From Candidatus Hermodarchaeota archaeon (GTDB lineage Archaea; Asgardarchaeota; Heimdallarchaeia; Hodarchaeales; Hodarchaeaceae), in NCBI GenBank assembly GCA_048886185.1, contig JBHLKY010000004.1:30001-62000 (forward strand): DNA of 32,000 bases, read 5' to 3'. Shown here one piece after another: positions 16,848-26,102 of the stretch (position 1 is its first letter; every line of letters starts with the position of its first letter). Both the position numbers and the translations under genes were made by a program. Under the pieces are notes generated by a model. The model saw nothing but the letters and a program-made list of their open reading frames with translations, was not told the DNA's origin and did not search any database.

Positions 16848-17834
16848 TTGGTTTGTTTAGCAAAAGGTGTAGCTCTATTGAATAAAAATGACCAAAAAAA
16901 TATTTTATTCGACAAGCTAGCTAATGAAAACCAGCCTCTTGTTGGTCAATCCTCCATAAAAGGGAGTAATCTTCTGGTCATTCTCGCTGATGAGGGGGGC
17001 CTTCCAGTTTACACAAGATCAATTCGTATAAATCAGTCAGGAGAAATCATTAAACGTCAAAGTCCAGAAATCAGTCCAAAAAACGAAAAAATTCTCTTGA
17101 TGTCTGGATTCTTAGAAGCCATTATACAACTGAAAGACATTATTCGACCTACTTTGCTAGATTTAACTGTAGAACAAAACAAACCACTTTATGTTGAGTA
17201 TGCTAAGGCTCCAAATGGTATTTCATTAGTGTCTTTAGCTACTTCCCCTGAATTTCAACAATTACCAATGAATTTGCTTAGTCATTATGCTCCGTTACAA
17301 ACAAATTTAGATAATCCTGAATATGCTGGATTAGATGAAAATTTCGAAAAAGCAATAGAAGGGCCATTAGGAGAAGATGCAGCCATATATTGGAAAGTCT
17401 TAAGTAGAATTAAATCCGATTTGGCTGAGTTTGTCTCTTTCATTCTAGTTTACGATGAAGATGGTAATTATTTGTTTTCAACAGCAAGAAGTCATCATCA
17501 AAGTGATATCACCGATCCTTTATTGGATTCTATTTCCAAATATATTAGACAAGAATATTTACTGCAAAAATACCAAGATAATCTGTCATTAATAGGAGCC
17601 AAAAGGCTAGAGAATTCAGTTATTTGGCATTTTAAATGCTTTGATAAAATATTTGTTTTCTTCACTTACATTATCCCAGAAATATATGGAAAATTCGATA
17701 TATTGAAAGAAGAAATGATTACTTTTATAGCAAACAATCTAGAGAAGTTTATTATCGCCTCAAAAAAGCACTCTGAGTCCTTATACAAAACAAGTGAAGA
17801 TATTAAAAGCACTAGATTTATCTTTCTCTCGTAA
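16848..17834 (+). CDS. Longin/roadblock-like domain protein, possibly two tandem domains
   Basis: LLVILADEGGLPVYTR...LLMSGFLEAIIQL resembles the Asgard longin pattern. A second unit reads FILVYDEDGNYLFS...DPLLDSISKYI. The TTG of LNKND after AAGGTG may be the true start. Confidence 0.6.
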   Translation: MVCLAKGVALLNKNDQKNILFDKLANENQPLVGQSSIKGSNLLVILADEGGLPVYTRSIRINQSGEIIKRQSPEISPKNEKILLMSGFLEAIIQLKDIIRPTLLDLTVEQNKPLYVEYAKAPNGISLVSLATSPEFQQLPMNLLSHYAPLQTNLDNPEYAGLDENFEKAIEGPLGEDAAIYWKVLSRIKSDLAEFVSFILVYDEDGNYLFSTARSHHQSDITDPLLDSISKYIRQEYLLQKYQDNLSLIGAKRLENSVIWHFKCFDKIFVFFTYIIPEIYGKFDILKEEMITFIANNLEKFIIASKKHSESLYKTSEDIKSTRFIFLS

Positions 17835-17939
17835 AGCTTAGTACTTCTTTAAATCTTGAATCGAAGATTAAGTAATCATTAAAGGTTATATTAGGAGTAT
17901 TTTTATTTTTATCAATTGTTTTCTTTGTAAGTGAGTTAG

Positions 17940-18731
17940 ATGTCTAAAAAAAAAGTTGAGAAGCTTATAATTGAACATGCGAAGAGTGGGAGGGCATCCT
18001 GTAGGACATGTCGAAAACGATTAGAGAAAGATGAGGTTAGAGTCGGTATACCATTTACTTTTACCAGACCTAATGGGGAGGAAATTTCTTCTTTTCGCTA
18101 CTATCATGTGATTTGTGTTCCTTATGATCGAATAAAGTCAGTATTAGAAGTTTTTCCATCTTTATCTATTATAGATAAAGAAAAAAAGGAGAAATTATTT
18201 GAATCTCTGAAAAAAAGAGAAAAGGACGAAATGGGGAAACTACAAGAAAAGAAATCTGAATTGAAGAAACCTTTTCTTGAACCTTCAAAAAGCTCTAGAG
18301 GATCTTGTCGAATTTGTGAAAAAAAGATAGAAAAGGGAATTCTTAGGGTAGCTGAACCCTCACAAATTGAATTAGATGATGGAAGAAAGTTTTTCTCGCA
18401 TAAATATTTTCATATGACATGTTATATTGAATCATCTAGAGATAGACCACTTTTGTTAAAAGACTTAATCGAAACTTCCCTTGCGCAAGGGAGTATTTCT
18501 CAAGAAGAAGCAGAGAAATTGGACAAAGACCTTCAAGCAGATTCTGAAGCTGATGAGAAAGCTGCTTCAGTATTAGCAGTTATTTCTGATGAACCGATCG
18601 ATATTATGACTCTTGAAAAGCTTGCAAAAGAGAAAGGGGTCCCTTTCAATCACGTAAAAAAGGCTCTTGAAAAGGGATTATTACAGGGAGTCTTCTTTGA
18701 ATCTTCCCCAGGAATGATTCAGAAGTTATAA
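17940..18731 (+). CDS. Tandem PARP-type zinc-finger protein with C-terminal winged-helix-like domain
   Basis: Finger 1: EHAKSGRASC21RTC24...RYYH56VIC59. Finger 2: EPSKSSRGSC123RIC126EKKIEKG..R...KYFH158MTC161. Tail VLAVIS...LEKLAKEKGVPFNHVKKALEKGLLQGVFFESSPG. Confidence 0.9.
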   Translation: MSKKKVEKLIIEHAKSGRASCRTCRKRLEKDEVRVGIPFTFTRPNGEEISSFRYYHVICVPYDRIKSVLEVFPSLSIIDKEKKEKLFESLKKREKDEMGKLQEKKSELKKPFLEPSKSSRGSCRICEKKIEKGILRVAEPSQIELDDGRKFFSHKYFHMTCYIESSRDRPLLLKDLIETSLAQGSISQEEAEKLDKDLQADSEADEKAASVLAVISDEPIDIMTLEKLAKEKGVPFNHVKKALEKGLLQGVFFESSPGMIQKL

Positions 18732-18853
18732 TCACCTTTTTTATCTAGGATTACTTTTTTAGGAATGGTATTCTTGTATTGTGAAATTCTGATTACTATT
18801 CAATTGTCTATGACAATAGTTGAAAGGAAATCTTCTATCTAATGACAATATTG

Positions 18854-19465
18854 TTATTTCAAAATATCTGTTAAAAATGGAGTGGTTTTTCTAAATATCT
18901 CCTTACCCACCTGTTCATAACCATCGATTGAAAGATGAACTCCATCACCAGAGTCATAAAGAGGATTTAAAGTGCTATTTCGTTTTGAAACTAGTGCGGT
19001 GTATACATCTGCACACAAATAGGTTTCAAAACCACTATTTTTCTTTATTTGTTCGTTTAAATAACTTATTTTTGAATTAATTCCAGGCCAATTCATTGGT
19101 GGGATCGTAACAATTAAAATTGCAATTGATTTCTCCCTTGTGATAAAATAGGCTCTCCATAAGTTATCCCAAATTGTTTTCACTGAATACCCTAAAGCAA
19201 TATCATTCGCTCCAGCCCAAAATATTACTAAATCATATTTTACCTTCGTTAGATTAACTTCAAGACGGTTAAGGACTTGGTTTGAGGTTTGGCCACATAT
19301 CCCTCTATTATTAATTTCAAATGAAGCATTGGGAAATTTACGAGTCACTAGGAGGTTAAACCAGTATTCATAGGAGCTCTGTGAGTTTCCACCATATAAT
19401 GGATCAAAAAGTGGGAATCCTGCTGTATGTGAGTCACCAATACAAAGGATTTTAATATTTTTCAA
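18854..19465 (-). CDS. SGNH/GDSL hydrolase
   Basis: GDSHT (block I), NRGICG (II), GAND (III), DGVH (V). Confidence 0.9.
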   Translation of the reverse strand: MKNIKILCIGDSHTAGFPLFDPLYGGNSQSSYEYWFNLLVTRKFPNASFEINNRGICGQTSNQVLNRLEVNLTKVKYDLVIFWAGANDIALGYSVKTIWDNLWRAYFITREKSIAILIVTIPPMNWPGINSKISYLNEQIKKNSGFETYLCADVYTALVSKRNSTLNPLYDSGDGVHLSIDGYEQVGKEIFRKTTPFLTDILK

Positions 19466-19657
19466 TCAAAGAAATCTCCTTTCATTGTTGTTTCTAACTT
19501 AAGGAGAAAGAGAATTGTTTATAGTAATTTTATTATCAGTTACATAAGTAGGTATTTATCAAGCTTCTCAAGGTTCAATGAACCATTAAGATGAAAACTT
19601 TGGAGATGCAACGTCTTCAGGATAGATAATTCTTCTTCTTAGTCAGGGTAATTCCTA

Positions 19658-21679
19658 ATGAAATGTCTTGGTATTGATATAGGCGGAACTTTTACCGATA
19701 TAATCATTATTGATTCCCAAAAGAATTCTGTTATCATCGAAAAGGTTTCAAGTACACCTCATGATCAATCCAAAGGGGCGAAAAATGGATTAATTAAACT
19801 TGAAACAACGTTCTCAGATATAGATGTTGTCGTTCATGGAACTACAGTCGCAACAAATGCTATATTGGAACAAAAGGGTGCTAAAACAGCTTTAATTACT
19901 ACTGAAGGATTTTCAGATATACTTGAAATTGGGCGTCAAAATCGCTTAAATTTATATTCTTTGTATCCAAGAAGGATTGAACCACTTGTTCCGAAAAATT
20001 TGAGATTTGGTGTGAAAGAACGAATCAGTGCATCAGGGGAAATCCTCAAACAATTGGATGATGAAGATTTAGGAAAAATAATCAACAAGTTGCATCAAGA
20101 GGAAGTTGAATCAGTAGCAATATCCCTTTTGTTCTCTTTTTTCAATCCTCAACATGAGAAGAAAATAGCTGAAGAAATTAAATTTAAATTTCCTTCAATA
20201 AATGTTTCTCGTTCAAGTAAAATTCTTCCTATATTTCGTGAGTATGATAGAACGAGTACTACAGTTTTAGATGCATATGTTGCCCCATTATGTACCAAAT
20301 ACTTCCATTCTTTCTTAAGTCGAATTAAAGAACTGGGAATTAGAGCCCCTCCTCTCATTCTTCTCTCCACAGGAGGAGTAACCCAAATAAAGAGTGTTAC
20401 TGAACGTTCAGTTGAAACTGTATTTTCAGGATTAGCTGGTGGAGTTTTAGGGGGATTCTATTCTTGTAATGAGCTTAAAATAAATAACGCCATCACTTTG
20501 GATATTGGAGGAACATCAACCGATACTGCCAGTATTGTTAATGGAAGAATAGAAATTTCCACTTCAAATGAGATTGCAGGACATCCTATTCATCTTCCTA
20601 CAATTGCTGTACAAACCATCGGTGCTGGAGGAGGAAGTATCGCAAGATGTGAACATGGAGTTTTTCTTGTAGGGCCACAAAGTGCGGGAGCAGATCCAGG
20701 TCCAGCATGTTATAATCATGGGGGAGAATTTCCAACCGTAACAGATGCTAATTTAGTCAGGGGACTATTAAATCCTGATTATTTTTGTGGTGGGAAAATT
20801 AAAATTTACCCTAAGTTAGCAAAAAAGGTGATTTCACCTCTAGCAGATCAATTAAACTTCTCTTCAATAGAAGAATGTGCAGCTGGAATTATAAGAATTT
20901 TTGAAAACAATGTTGCTCTAGCTCTACGAAAAGTCTCTACTGAGCGAGGTTATGATAGTAGAAATTTCAAATTGATTGCTTTTGGTGGGGCAGGTCCTTT
21001 ACATGGATGTTCACTTGCTGAGCGCTTATTCATTGAACAGGTAGTAATTCCTCCCTACCCTGGTGTTTGGTCGGCATATGGTCTTTTAACTGCTGATATC
21101 CGGCATGATCTCTCATTATCCGTTGTAAGACCTCTACATGAGATAAATGAAGAATATCTTGAAGAAACCTTTACTCAACTTGTACACAAAGGGATTGAAT
21201 TATGTATTCAAGACGGCTTTTTAGAAAAAAACGTAATCATTGCTCGAAATCTAGATTTAAGGTTAATTGGCCAGTCATATGAGCTCACAGTGCCTTATTA
21301 TGAAAAAAAAGAAGCAATTTCACACGCATTTGATAAAGCTCATGAAATAGCTTATGGATATGCTTCTCCTGAGGCGGATAAAGAGATAGTTAATCTGAGA
21401 GTTGCTGCAATGGTTTCTTTACCGAAATTTGAGCTTCCTAGCTTACAGATTGGAAATTCTGATTCAAGTGAAGCCCTTGTCAATACTCGAGAAATTTTTA
21501 TACAGGATAAATGGATAAACGTTAATGTTTATCAAAAGTCTAAATTAAAAGTCAATAACATCGTTGAAGGCCCTTCTATTGTAGAACAAAATGATACAAC
21601 AACCTTTATCGATATAGGATGGAGAGGAGATGTTACAACTGACGGCCATTTAATTTTGAAGCGGATTTCTGGTGGGTGA
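19658..21679 (+). CDS. hyuA: Hydantoinase / 5-oxoprolinase subunit A (HyuA-like)
   Basis: GIDIGGTFTD, HGTTVATNA, LDIGGTSTD, TIGAGGGS, GPQSAGADPGPACY, PTVTDAN and FGGAGPLH. Confidence 0.92.
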   Translation: MKCLGIDIGGTFTDIIIIDSQKNSVIIEKVSSTPHDQSKGAKNGLIKLETTFSDIDVVVHGTTVATNAILEQKGAKTALITTEGFSDILEIGRQNRLNLYSLYPRRIEPLVPKNLRFGVKERISASGEILKQLDDEDLGKIINKLHQEEVESVAISLLFSFFNPQHEKKIAEEIKFKFPSINVSRSSKILPIFREYDRTSTTVLDAYVAPLCTKYFHSFLSRIKELGIRAPPLILLSTGGVTQIKSVTERSVETVFSGLAGGVLGGFYSCNELKINNAITLDIGGTSTDTASIVNGRIEISTSNEIAGHPIHLPTIAVQTIGAGGGSIARCEHGVFLVGPQSAGADPGPACYNHGGEFPTVTDANLVRGLLNPDYFCGGKIKIYPKLAKKVISPLADQLNFSSIEECAAGIIRIFENNVALALRKVSTERGYDSRNFKLIAFGGAGPLHGCSLAERLFIEQVVIPPYPGVWSAYGLLTADIRHDLSLSVVRPLHEINEEYLEETFTQLVHKGIELCIQDGFLEKNVIIARNLDLRLIGQSYELTVPYYEKKEAISHAFDKAHEIAYGYASPEADKEIVNLRVAAMVSLPKFELPSLQIGNSDSSEALVNTREIFIQDKWINVNVYQKSKLKVNNIVEGPSIVEQNDTTTFIDIGWRGDVTTDGHLILKRISGG

Positions 21680-23253
21680 AATTAATGAAGATTGACATTA
21701 TCACATTAAGTATTGTTCAAAAGGCATTGGAAAATATTGCTGAAGAAATGGGGATAATTCTAAGGCGAGCTTCTTTTAGTCCGAATTGTAAGGAAAGATT
21801 GGACTTCTCATGTGCAATTTTTGATCGAAATGCAGATCTTTTAGCACAAGCAGAACATATTCCAGTTCATCTCGGAGCTATGTTCTCTTCTATCTCTGCA
21901 ATTTTACAAGAATTCCCTGTTGAGTCTCTTAATCCAGATGACATTATTATTCTTAATTCTCCATACACAGGGGGCACGCACCTTCCGGATGTAACATTTC
22001 TAATGCCTGTATTCATAAATGATCAGCTAAGTTTTTTTGTGAATAATAGAGCTCACCATGCAGATATAGGTGGTTCAACACCAGGGTCGATGCCTGGAAT
22101 TTCTAGAGAGCTGTTCGAAGAAGGGTTAATCATTCCTCCTGTTAAGCTCTATGATCGTGGGAATGAAGTAAAAGATATAATAAAACTTATTCTATCGAAT
22201 GTGCGTGTTCAACAAGAAAGACTAGGAGATTTTCGGGCTCAACGAGCAGCTCTCTTAAGAGGTCAAGAGCGTCTTATAGAGCTAACTGATAAATATGGAC
22301 AGGATGAAATTTTTGATATAGTTACAGAATTGATGAATTTATCCGAAAAGTCTTTCAAAACCCAGCTTATTCAATTTCCAAACGGAGTCTTTCATTTTGA
22401 AGATTATCTTGATTTTAATGGAATAACTGATGATTTAGTAAAAATTAGGGTAACTGTTACCAAAATAGATGATAAAATAAAAATCTCTTTTCAAGGTACT
22501 GATCCTCAACAAATAGGGAATGTAAATGCGCCAAAAAGTGTTGTTTACTCATGTGTTTATTATGTATTTAGAGCATTGACAGATCCCACAATTATGACAA
22601 ATGCTGGCTTATTTCGAAATATCGAAATCGAGATTCCTAAAGGGAGCTTACTTGATCCTCAACACCCTGCAGCAGTTTCTTCAGGAAATGTAGAGACTTC
22701 TCAGCGTTTGGTTGATGTTTTACTAGGGGCACTATCCAAATTTGGATTATCAGAAATACCTGCTGCATCTCAGGGAACTATGAACAATGTAACAATTGGA
22801 GGTTTTGATTTAGAAGGAAAACCTTTTACTTATTATGAAACATTAGGAGGTGGTGCTGGAAGTAGTATGAAGTATCAAGGAATTTCGGGAATTCATTCTC
22901 ATATGACAAATACACTGAATACACCCATTGAAGCTCTGGAATTAGTTTACCCATTGAGAGTTAAGAGATATTGTTTTCGAGACAATTCTGGTGGTCAGGG
23001 GAAAATAAGAGGAGGTGATGGATTAATTCGAGAAATAGAAGTTTTAGTTGACGCAATTGTATCGCTACAGACTGAACGTAGAAAGCTTGCTCCTTACGGT
23101 TTACATGGAGGGAGTACTGGAGCAAAAGGAATAAATATTAAGAGAAAGCTTAATGGTGAAGAAGTTGTGCTTCCTGGACGGGTAATTGTTAACTTTAGTG
23201 CTGGAGAAAGTTTGATTATTAAAACTCCAGGAGGAGGAGGGTATGGACGATAA
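21676..23253 (+). CDS. hyuB: Hydantoinase / 5-oxoprolinase subunit B (HyuB-like)
   Basis: ERLDFSCAIF, HIPVHLG, PYTGGTHLPD, AHHADIGG, GNVETSQR, SQGTMNN, YYETLGGG, HSHMTNT and TPGGGGYG. GTGA overlap with the upstream stop. Confidence 0.92.
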   Translation: MKLMKIDIITLSIVQKALENIAEEMGIILRRASFSPNCKERLDFSCAIFDRNADLLAQAEHIPVHLGAMFSSISAILQEFPVESLNPDDIIILNSPYTGGTHLPDVTFLMPVFINDQLSFFVNNRAHHADIGGSTPGSMPGISRELFEEGLIIPPVKLYDRGNEVKDIIKLILSNVRVQQERLGDFRAQRAALLRGQERLIELTDKYGQDEIFDIVTELMNLSEKSFKTQLIQFPNGVFHFEDYLDFNGITDDLVKIRVTVTKIDDKIKISFQGTDPQQIGNVNAPKSVVYSCVYYVFRALTDPTIMTNAGLFRNIEIEIPKGSLLDPQHPAAVSSGNVETSQRLVDVLLGALSKFGLSEIPAASQGTMNNVTIGGFDLEGKPFTYYETLGGGAGSSMKYQGISGIHSHMTNTLNTPIEALELVYPLRVKRYCFRDNSGGQGKIRGGDGLIREIEVLVDAIVSLQTERRKLAPYGLHGGSTGAKGINIKRKLNGEEVVLPGRVIVNFSAGESLIIKTPGGGGYGR

Positions 23254-23270
23254 TTAGCTGGTGATCATTA

Positions 23271-24677
23271 ATGAGAATTAAGAATTATGATGAAATTATA
23301 ACTTATTCTTCTTCTGTTCGAAAAAAAACCAGAGAACTTGCCCTTAATCTTTTTGATTCTGCAATTGAGGCTGCTGATCCTTATCAAATTATCCATAATA
23401 ATGTAAAGATCGATTTAACAAAAAAGGAGCTCAATGTTGAAGGGATGCATTTCCCTCTTAGTGAAAGAAAAATTTGGATAATTGGTGCTGGGAAGGCTGT
23501 GGGCAAGATGGCGGAAGCTCTTGAAGAAATACTCACTGGTCAAGATTATCAAGGAACCATTTGTGTTCCTGAGGGAATTAAATCTGATTTAAGGTTAAAG
23601 AAAATTCATTGTTATGAATCTACCCATCCTCTTCCCTCTGAAGTTAATTTACTTAATACAAAAGTAGTTTTAGAACTAATTGAAAAGATTCAACCAAATG
23701 ATCTGGTAATTGCCCTGATTAGTGGAGGAGGTTCTGCAATTTGGGCTGCACCTATTCCACCTATCACTGTTAATGATTTAATTACCTTAAACAAGACTCT
23801 AATAAATTCAGGAATGAATATTCACGAGATCAACGTCGTAAGAAAACATGTGTCATCAATTAAAGGTGGAAAACTCGTAAAACAAATTCCAGCCGAAATA
23901 CTAGTATTTTTAATATCTGATGTGATTGGTGACAATTTAGAGAGTATTGCTTCGGGATATTTTCACCCAGATTCCAGTAGTTTTTACGAAACGAAGCTAT
24001 TGCTCAATAAATATCGTCTCTGGGTGACTGCAGTTCCTGATTCTGTGAAAATGGTAATTGATAAAGGAATTGAAGGTTTAATACCTGAAACCCCCAAAGA
24101 ACAAGATGAAGTCTTTAATCGTGTCCAAGCTCATATTCTAGCATCAAACAAACTAGCCTGTAAAGCTATTGTTGAAAATGCAAAGAAGCTTGGATTAAAA
24201 GCTCTAATATTAACTGATAAACTGGAAGGAGATGCTAGATGTTTAGGTCGCTTACTTGCTAGGATTTATTCTGGACTAGCGGAGCAAATTCAGGATGCTT
24301 TTGTTGTTGTCAGTGGAGGGGAACCAACAGTGGAAGTTTACGGGAATGGTATTGGTGGAAGGAATCAAGAGGTCGTAGGAGCCGTTCTGAACGAATTTCT
24401 ATCCTATCCTCACCCTATTGAAACTACATTTCTCTCTGCCGGGACTGATGGAATTGATGGAAACTCTCCTTACGCAGGTGCGTTGATTGACGATATTTCT
24501 GTCAATATTGCTTGTAAAAAGGAACTTGATTTGACTAAATTTCAAAAAGAGAATAATATGAGTAAATTTTTTGAAGAATTAGGTGGTTCCGTGTTATTAA
24601 GCGGTCCCACAGGGACAAATGTTATGGACTTGCAAATAGCTATTATAAATACTTCTAATTTCTCTAAAAAAAAGTAA
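23271..24677 (+). CDS. Glycerate 2-kinase (class II, MOFRL family)
   Basis: GAGKA, STHPLP, LISGGGSA, RKHVSSIKGG, SDVIGD, GGEPTV, GGRNQE, GTDGIDG and GPTGTNVMDL. Confidence 0.92.
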   Translation: MRIKNYDEIITYSSSVRKKTRELALNLFDSAIEAADPYQIIHNNVKIDLTKKELNVEGMHFPLSERKIWIIGAGKAVGKMAEALEEILTGQDYQGTICVPEGIKSDLRLKKIHCYESTHPLPSEVNLLNTKVVLELIEKIQPNDLVIALISGGGSAIWAAPIPPITVNDLITLNKTLINSGMNIHEINVVRKHVSSIKGGKLVKQIPAEILVFLISDVIGDNLESIASGYFHPDSSSFYETKLLLNKYRLWVTAVPDSVKMVIDKGIEGLIPETPKEQDEVFNRVQAHILASNKLACKAIVENAKKLGLKALILTDKLEGDARCLGRLLARIYSGLAEQIQDAFVVVSGGEPTVEVYGNGIGGRNQEVVGAVLNEFLSYPHPIETTFLSAGTDGIDGNSPYAGALIDDISVNIACKKELDLTKFQKENNMSKFFEELGGSVLLSGPTGTNVMDLQIAIINTSNFSKKK

Positions 24678-24903
24678 TTCTGATGTTCTTAATGAATTGA
24701 CTGCAATTTGATTATTAATCATCTAAATTGATTATCTATTTAACGAAAGAGTAGGAAAAATTCAGAAAGACATGTTAATAGAGATATTAAGGGAGAAATA
24801 GAATTCTTTTTAAAAGAGATGGTTAGTAATATATCAAAAGTATATATTAAATTCAGTATTTTTAATATTATTTACTGGGTATGAACAAAAAGGAAGTGAA
24901 TCT

Positions 24904-25626
24904 ATGGAACTACCTTTAACGAAAACAGGGATAGTAGGACTCGATCAGCTTCTTGGTGGAGGAATTCCAACGGGCTGGAGTATTATTTTGTCTGGGGAGG
25001 CCGGGACAGGAAAAACCTGTCTTTCTGTTGGATTTATCGTTGGAGGAATTGAACAATATGATGAACCAGGTATTATTTGTTCATTTAATGAGTCTAAAAA
25101 GGAACTGTATATGACCCAAATGGCATTTGGTTATGATCTACAGAGGCTTGAAGCAGAGAAAAAGTTTATGCTTCTTGACTTCTCATATGGTCGTGCATTA
25201 GGAGATGGCCAACTTGCTTTACAACAATCCAGATTAGATCTTCCAGCTTTAACAAAGAAGTTAAAAGAAGCTATAACATCCATAGGCGCGAAGAGGATAG
25301 TTATTGATCCTTTAACGATAATAACACTCCTTTTTGATGATGTTCGTGAAATTAGATATAATATCTTCCGATTCTTTGATGTAATTCGACGAATTGGAGT
25401 TACTTCCTTAGCTGTTGTGGAAAGTAGCAGTGAAAAAGATTACAATGTTGAGGAATTTCTAGCTGCTGGGATTCTAAGGCTTTATAATGAAAGATCAGGA
25501 GCTAAAAGGCGGAGAGGAATTGAAATTATAAAAATGAGAGGAATCAATCATAAACGTGGTGTTTTTCCATTTTCCATAACAGATCGGGGAATTATTATAT
25601 CTCCTGAAGTGGAAATACCCTCCTAA
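24904..25626 (+). CDS. Single-domain KaiC/RAD55-like ATPase
   Basis: TGIVGLDQLLGGGIP, Walker A GEAGTGKT, RIVIDPL, EEFLAAGILRL, RRGIEIIKMRG and PFSITDRGI. Confidence 0.9.
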   Translation: MELPLTKTGIVGLDQLLGGGIPTGWSIILSGEAGTGKTCLSVGFIVGGIEQYDEPGIICSFNESKKELYMTQMAFGYDLQRLEAEKKFMLLDFSYGRALGDGQLALQQSRLDLPALTKKLKEAITSIGAKRIVIDPLTIITLLFDDVREIRYNIFRFFDVIRRIGVTSLAVVESSSEKDYNVEEFLAAGILRLYNERSGAKRRRGIEIIKMRGINHKRGVFPFSITDRGIIISPEVEIPS

Positions 25627-25675
25627 AAAAATATCTCCCTTCCTGGAATTAATATTTAATAGTATCTAGATCTAG

Positions 25676-25816
25676 TTATTCTTCTTTTGGTTTAGTTGGT
25701 ATTTTTCCTTCAAGTTTGGCCTTGGCTTCTTCAATACTATGGAATCCATCATCACTCGTTTTTTTAAGTAACTCTTTTTTAAGATCTGCAGGTATTTTCT
25801 TATCTTTATCAGACAT
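25676..25816 (-). CDS. 46-aa highly charged small protein (not in the ORF track)
   Basis: GAGAGGA-TTAAAAT-ATG, then MSDKDKKIPADLKKELLKKTSDDGFHSIEEAKAKLEGKIPTKPKEE-TAA. The RBS and composition fit better than the overlapping 61-aa track ORF. Confidence 0.65.
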   Translation of the reverse strand: MSDKDKKIPADLKKELLKKTSDDGFHSIEEAKAKLEGKIPTKPKEE

Positions 25817-26102
25817 ATTTTAATCCTCTCTAGAATTTTTTGGAATATCTCTGACATTTAATTATTCCAATTGTCATTTCATCACTCATGCCTATAAGTA
25901 TTTACCAACTTTGAATTCATTTTTTTCTTTCGCATCATAAGAATATTTCTATCTACGAAAAACCATTTTTGTCGGACAGAATTATCCTATTAATAGCTTT
26001 CTTCTAGAAATACTTTCTTGAATGTAGTAGGATAAAAATAACTTTCAATTAATGGTGAATCTCCCCTTAGATAAGGTTTAACACTTTCAATTGAAGGAGA
26101 AA

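Noticed and set aside
24775-24849. AT-only inverted repeats upstream of the KaiC-like gene (TTAATA-N4-TATTAA; TAATATAT-N7-ATATATTA)
   Set aside because: Explained by TATA-box-like promoter composition and chance in AT-rich DNA.
25672-25857. 61-aa track ORF MSEIFQKILER...
   Set aside because: It overlaps, in another frame, a 46-aa ORF with a clear RBS and more natural composition; treated as a shadow.
26041-26095. ACTTTCAATT twice (26041 and 26083), resembling the reverse complement of the ATTGAAAG end of archaeal CRISPR repeats
   Set aside because: Only 10 bp, two copies, a 42-bp period that is too short for repeat plus spacer, and no cas genes.
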